Shown here one piece after another: positions 61,277 through 64,000 of a stretch of DNA of 64,000 nucleotides (position 1 is the first letter of the stretch; each line of letters opens with the position of its first letter). The stretch comes from Rhodocyclaceae bacterium (lineage in GTDB: Bacteria; Pseudomonadota; Gammaproteobacteria; Burkholderiales; Rhodocyclaceae). The notes beneath the pieces were generated by a model. It saw nothing but the letters and a program-made list of their open reading frames with translations, searched no databases and had not been told where the DNA came from. The stretch covers positions 12,201 through 76,200 of the forward strand of contig JAABQX010000016.1 of the NCBI GenBank assembly GCA_011391215.1, written 5' to 3'. The position numbers were made by a program, and so were the translations under genes.

Positions 61277-61561
61277 ATGAGCGCGCTCTCCCCCTCCGAC
61301 ATTGCGGATCGACTCACCCGTCTGGATGGCTGGACGCTGGAGGGCAATTGCATCAGCAAAACCTACCGTTTTGCCAACTATCATGAAACGCTGGCCTTTG
61401 TGAATGCAGGCGCCTGGGTTTCCCATCGCACCGATCATCATCCAGATCTTGAAGTTGGTTACAACCGTTGTCGTGTCAGCTACAGCACGCACGATGCCGG
61501 CGGCCTGACAAACAAGGATTTCGATTGTGCAGCGCGCCTTGACGCGCTGTTTGCGCTTTGA
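61277..61561 (+). CDS. phhB: Pterin-4a-carbinolamine dehydratase
   Basis: DHHPDL, STHDAGGLT.KDF..AA. Confidence 0.9.
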   Translation: MSALSPSDIADRLTRLDGWTLEGNCISKTYRFANYHETLAFVNAGAWVSHRTDHHPDLEVGYNRCRVSYSTHDAGGLTNKDFDCAARLDALFAL

Positions 61562-62448
61562 GTACGGCAGACAACAGCGGAACCATCACGGCCGCCTTCG
61601 GCCGGCATTACGAAGTCACCCTCGCCGACGGCAAGCTCGTCAATGGCATCCCGAAAGGCAAGAAAAGCCCCTTTGCCTGCGGTGATCATGTCACGCTGGG
61701 ACCGCTTCACGACAGCGAAGCGCAAATCCTCAGTCATGATCTGCGCAGCAGCCTGCTGTATCGTAGCGATCGGTGGAAACAGAAACTGATCGCTGCCAAT
61801 GCCACTCAGGTCGTGCTGGTCGTCGCCACCGAACCCGGCTTCTCTGACGAGTTGATCTCGCGTGCCACGGTTGCCGCACTGCACGAACACATGCGCGTGG
61901 TCATCGTGCTCAACAAGGCCGATCTCACCACCAGCTTGACAGCAGCGCGCGCGCAACTCGCGCCCTTTGCCGCCATGGGCATTCCCGTTGTCGAAGTCAG
62001 CGCTCTTGAGGATGCCAGCCCGCTGCTACCCTGGCTGGCTGGCCAGATTTCGGTGCTGGTCGGGCAAAGCGGCATGGGGAAATCCACCCTCACCAACGCC
62101 CTGATTCCGGACGCCGGCGCCGCCACGCGTGAAATCTCCACTGCGCTCGATTCCGGCAAACACACGACCACCCATGCCAGGATGTACGGCCTGCCCGGCG
62201 GCGGAAAAGTGATCGACTCGCCCGGCTTGCAGGAATTCGGCCTCGCCCACCTGACGCGCGGCGAAATCGAACTCGGTTTTGCGGAATTCGCCGCGCATCT
62301 CGGTCGCTGCCGTTTTCGCGATTGCCGACACGAAAACGAGCCCGACTGCGCCATCAAGGTGGCCATCGCGAATGGCGCCATCGATGCACGCCGGCTGACA
62401 CATTTCATCACCATTGCCAACGAGGGCGACCGGGCAAAATCGTTCTGA
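61558..62448 (+). CDS. rsgA: Ribosome small subunit-dependent GTPase A
   Basis: NKAD, GQSGMGKS, GKHTTT, DSPG, CRFRDCRH..EPDC. Confidence 0.95.
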   Translation: MSTADNSGTITAAFGRHYEVTLADGKLVNGIPKGKKSPFACGDHVTLGPLHDSEAQILSHDLRSSLLYRSDRWKQKLIAANATQVVLVVATEPGFSDELISRATVAALHEHMRVVIVLNKADLTTSLTAARAQLAPFAAMGIPVVEVSALEDASPLLPWLAGQISVLVGQSGMGKSTLTNALIPDAGAATREISTALDSGKHTTTHARMYGLPGGGKVIDSPGLQEFGLAHLTRGEIELGFAEFAAHLGRCRFRDCRHENEPDCAIKVAIANGAIDARRLTHFITIANEGDRAKSF

Positions 62449-63542
62449 TGCCGCACCTGTTTGTCGATATTTCTGCGCACGGTTTCGGACATCTGGCCCA
62501 GGTCGCACCGGTGCTAAACCGGCTCGCCGAATTGCTACCAGAATTGCGCATCACCCTGCGCAGCGGCCTGCCTTCCACAAAGTTGAAACAACGCATTCAG
62601 GCACCCTTTCAACACATCGCGTCGGCCAGCGATTTTGGCTACATGATGATCGATGCGCTGAGCATCGATCGCCCTGCCACCGCCGCTGCCTATCGCGCCG
62701 CCCACGCCAATTTTGCCGGGCGCGTCGCCGCAGAAACTGCGCTCCTGCAGCGCCTGGCCGTGGATGGAGTATTTACCGATGTCAGCTACCTGCCGCTCGC
62801 CGCAGCAGCGTCAGCCGGAATGCCTGCCGTGGCGCTATGCTCGCTCAACTGGGCCGACCTGTTTGCCCACTACTTCGGCCACGAGGAGTGGGCATCACCC
62901 ATCCATGCCGAGATGCTGGCCGCCTACCGCACCGCCACGTTCCTGCGTACCACGCCGGGCATGCCCATGCCGGCACTCGACAAGTTGGTAACGATCGGCC
63001 CGCTCGCCGAACGTGGTCGCGAACGCCGTTGCGAGCTACGCGAAAAAGTCGGCGTTGGCAGGACGGCAACGCTGGTGGTGATAGCGCTCGGCGGCATCCC
63101 GGCGCGCCTGCCGGTCGAGACCTGGCCGGTGCTGGCAGACACGCACTGGCTCGTCCCGGCCGCCTGGAATGTCCAGCGCATCGATATGAGCAGCATCGAA
63201 GCGTTCGACTGGCCCTTCGTCGACTTGCTGCGTTCGGTCGACGCCGTCGTCACCAAGCCGGGCTATGGCACCTTCACCGAAGCGGCCTGCAACGGGACCG
63301 CCGTGCTCTACCAGCGGCGCGACGACTGGCCCGAGCAGGACTGCCTGATCGACTGGCTGCAAATCCATGCCCGCTGCACGCAGGTCACGGCAACGGATCT
63401 GGCGCGCGGCAATCTCGGTGCAGCGCTGGATAATTGCCTGCAAGCCGCCGTACCGCCAGTCCCACGGGGATTTCCTTCGGTCACGCCGACTTTTGACGGC
63501 AGCGAGACTGCGGCACGCTACCTCGCGAAAATCCTGAGTTGA
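62448..63542 (+). CDS. GT-B-fold glycosyltransferase-like hypothetical protein
   Basis: ISAHGFGH, D.VVTKPGYGTF.EA, R.DWPEQ. Confidence 0.7.
   Translation: MPHLFVDISAHGFGHLAQVAPVLNRLAELLPELRITLRSGLPSTKLKQRIQAPFQHIASASDFGYMMIDALSIDRPATAAAYRAAHANFAGRVAAETALLQRLAVDGVFTDVSYLPLAAAASAGMPAVALCSLNWADLFAHYFGHEEWASPIHAEMLAAYRTATFLRTTPGMPMPALDKLVTIGPLAERGRERRCELREKVGVGRTATLVVIALGGIPARLPVETWPVLADTHWLVPAAWNVQRIDMSSIEAFDWPFVDLLRSVDAVVTKPGYGTFTEAACNGTAVLYQRRDDWPEQDCLIDWLQIHARCTQVTATDLARGNLGAALDNCLQAAVPPVPRGFPSVTPTFDGSETAARYLAKILS
63044..63067 (-). repeat. Dispersed 24-bp motif copy inside the GT-like gene
   Basis: aaaagtcggcgttggcaggacggc (KVGVGRTA). Confidence 0.88.
63447..63494 (+). repeat. 24-bp motif copy split by a 24-nt in-frame insertion
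   Basis: gccgtaccgccagt [cccacggggatttccttcggtcac] gccgactttt. Confidence 0.7.
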
Positions 63543-63545
63543 TTT

Positions 63546-64000
63546 TCAGTGTTTCATCTTGCTGTGGTCCATGTCCTTCATGTCGTCCACCGGCATCCCG
63601 ATCATCGACTTCTTCACCGGCGCCTCGATGGTTTTCGTACCGCCATCGGAGAACTTCAGGGTAATGGCAACCTTGTCGCCATCCTTGAGCGGGGCCTTCA
63701 TGTCGATCAGCATGACGTGGTAGCCGCCAGGTTTCATGACCGCTTCGCCCTTCGCGGGCAGCGCAATTTCCTTGACCTGGCGCATGCGCATCACACCGTT
63801 GTCGTTGATGTGGTTGTGCAGTTCGGTGGTGTTGGCGGCAGGGCTATCCGCCTTGACGATCTGAATATCCTTGTCGCTGGTGTTTTTGACGACCATGAAG
63901 GCGGCGGTGACCTTGGCACCCGGCGGCGCCATGCGCACATAGGGATCAACCACGCTGATCTGGTCGGCGAGACCGGCAGCGAAGACCGGGGTGACCAGAC
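63546..64000 (-). CDS. Periplasmic copper chaperone PCu(A)C (5' end off window)
   Basis: TELHNH...VMRM, PGGYHVML, Met/His-rich tail. Confidence 0.9.
   Translation of the reverse strand, partial: LVTPVFAAGLADQISVVDPYVRMAPPGAKVTAAFMVVKNTSDKDIQIVKADSPAANTTELHNHINDNGVMRMRQVKEIALPAKGEAVMKPGGYHVMLIDMKAPLKDGDKVAITLKFSDGGTKTIEAPVKKSMIGMPVDDMKDMDHSKMKH

Overview
GC-rich betaproteobacterial chromosome segment. Gene content and order suggest a Rhodocyclales/Sterolibacteriaceae-like sulfur-oxidising facultative anaerobe (inference). Left to right: MscS, LysR-aceB, an isocitrate dehydrogenase-family gene, and a B12-binding CarH/LitR regulator facing a photo-oxidative-stress/furan-fatty-acid-type operon. 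Next is an ~11 kb accessory island (ceramidase-like gene, methyltransferase, Ser-type sulfatase cluster), then cidA/lrgB and an FNR-box-controlled cluster of octaheme Hao-like, TPR, NirT, NirB-like and FccAB genes. These are followed by dut-coaBC-radC-rpmBG, a FisR-like sigma54 activator with a candidate sigma54-driven sRNA, and a long housekeeping run (purN, mutL, miaA, purM, hda, pcnB, folK, panBCD, trxA, rho, rpmE, orn, rsgA). The most striking unexplained signal is a dispersed 24-bp motif, consensus GCCGTCCYGCCAGCGCCGACTTTT. I counted about 23 copies by eye, on both strands, inside genes (several reading frames) and just after stop codons. There are three copies in mutL, none inside the island, and one copy at each island end, which resembles a DNA-uptake-sequence-like genome signature. 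A second, degenerate ~28-bp repeat family marks the junctions between the island's gene modules. All calls come from reading sequence and motifs; no database searches were run.
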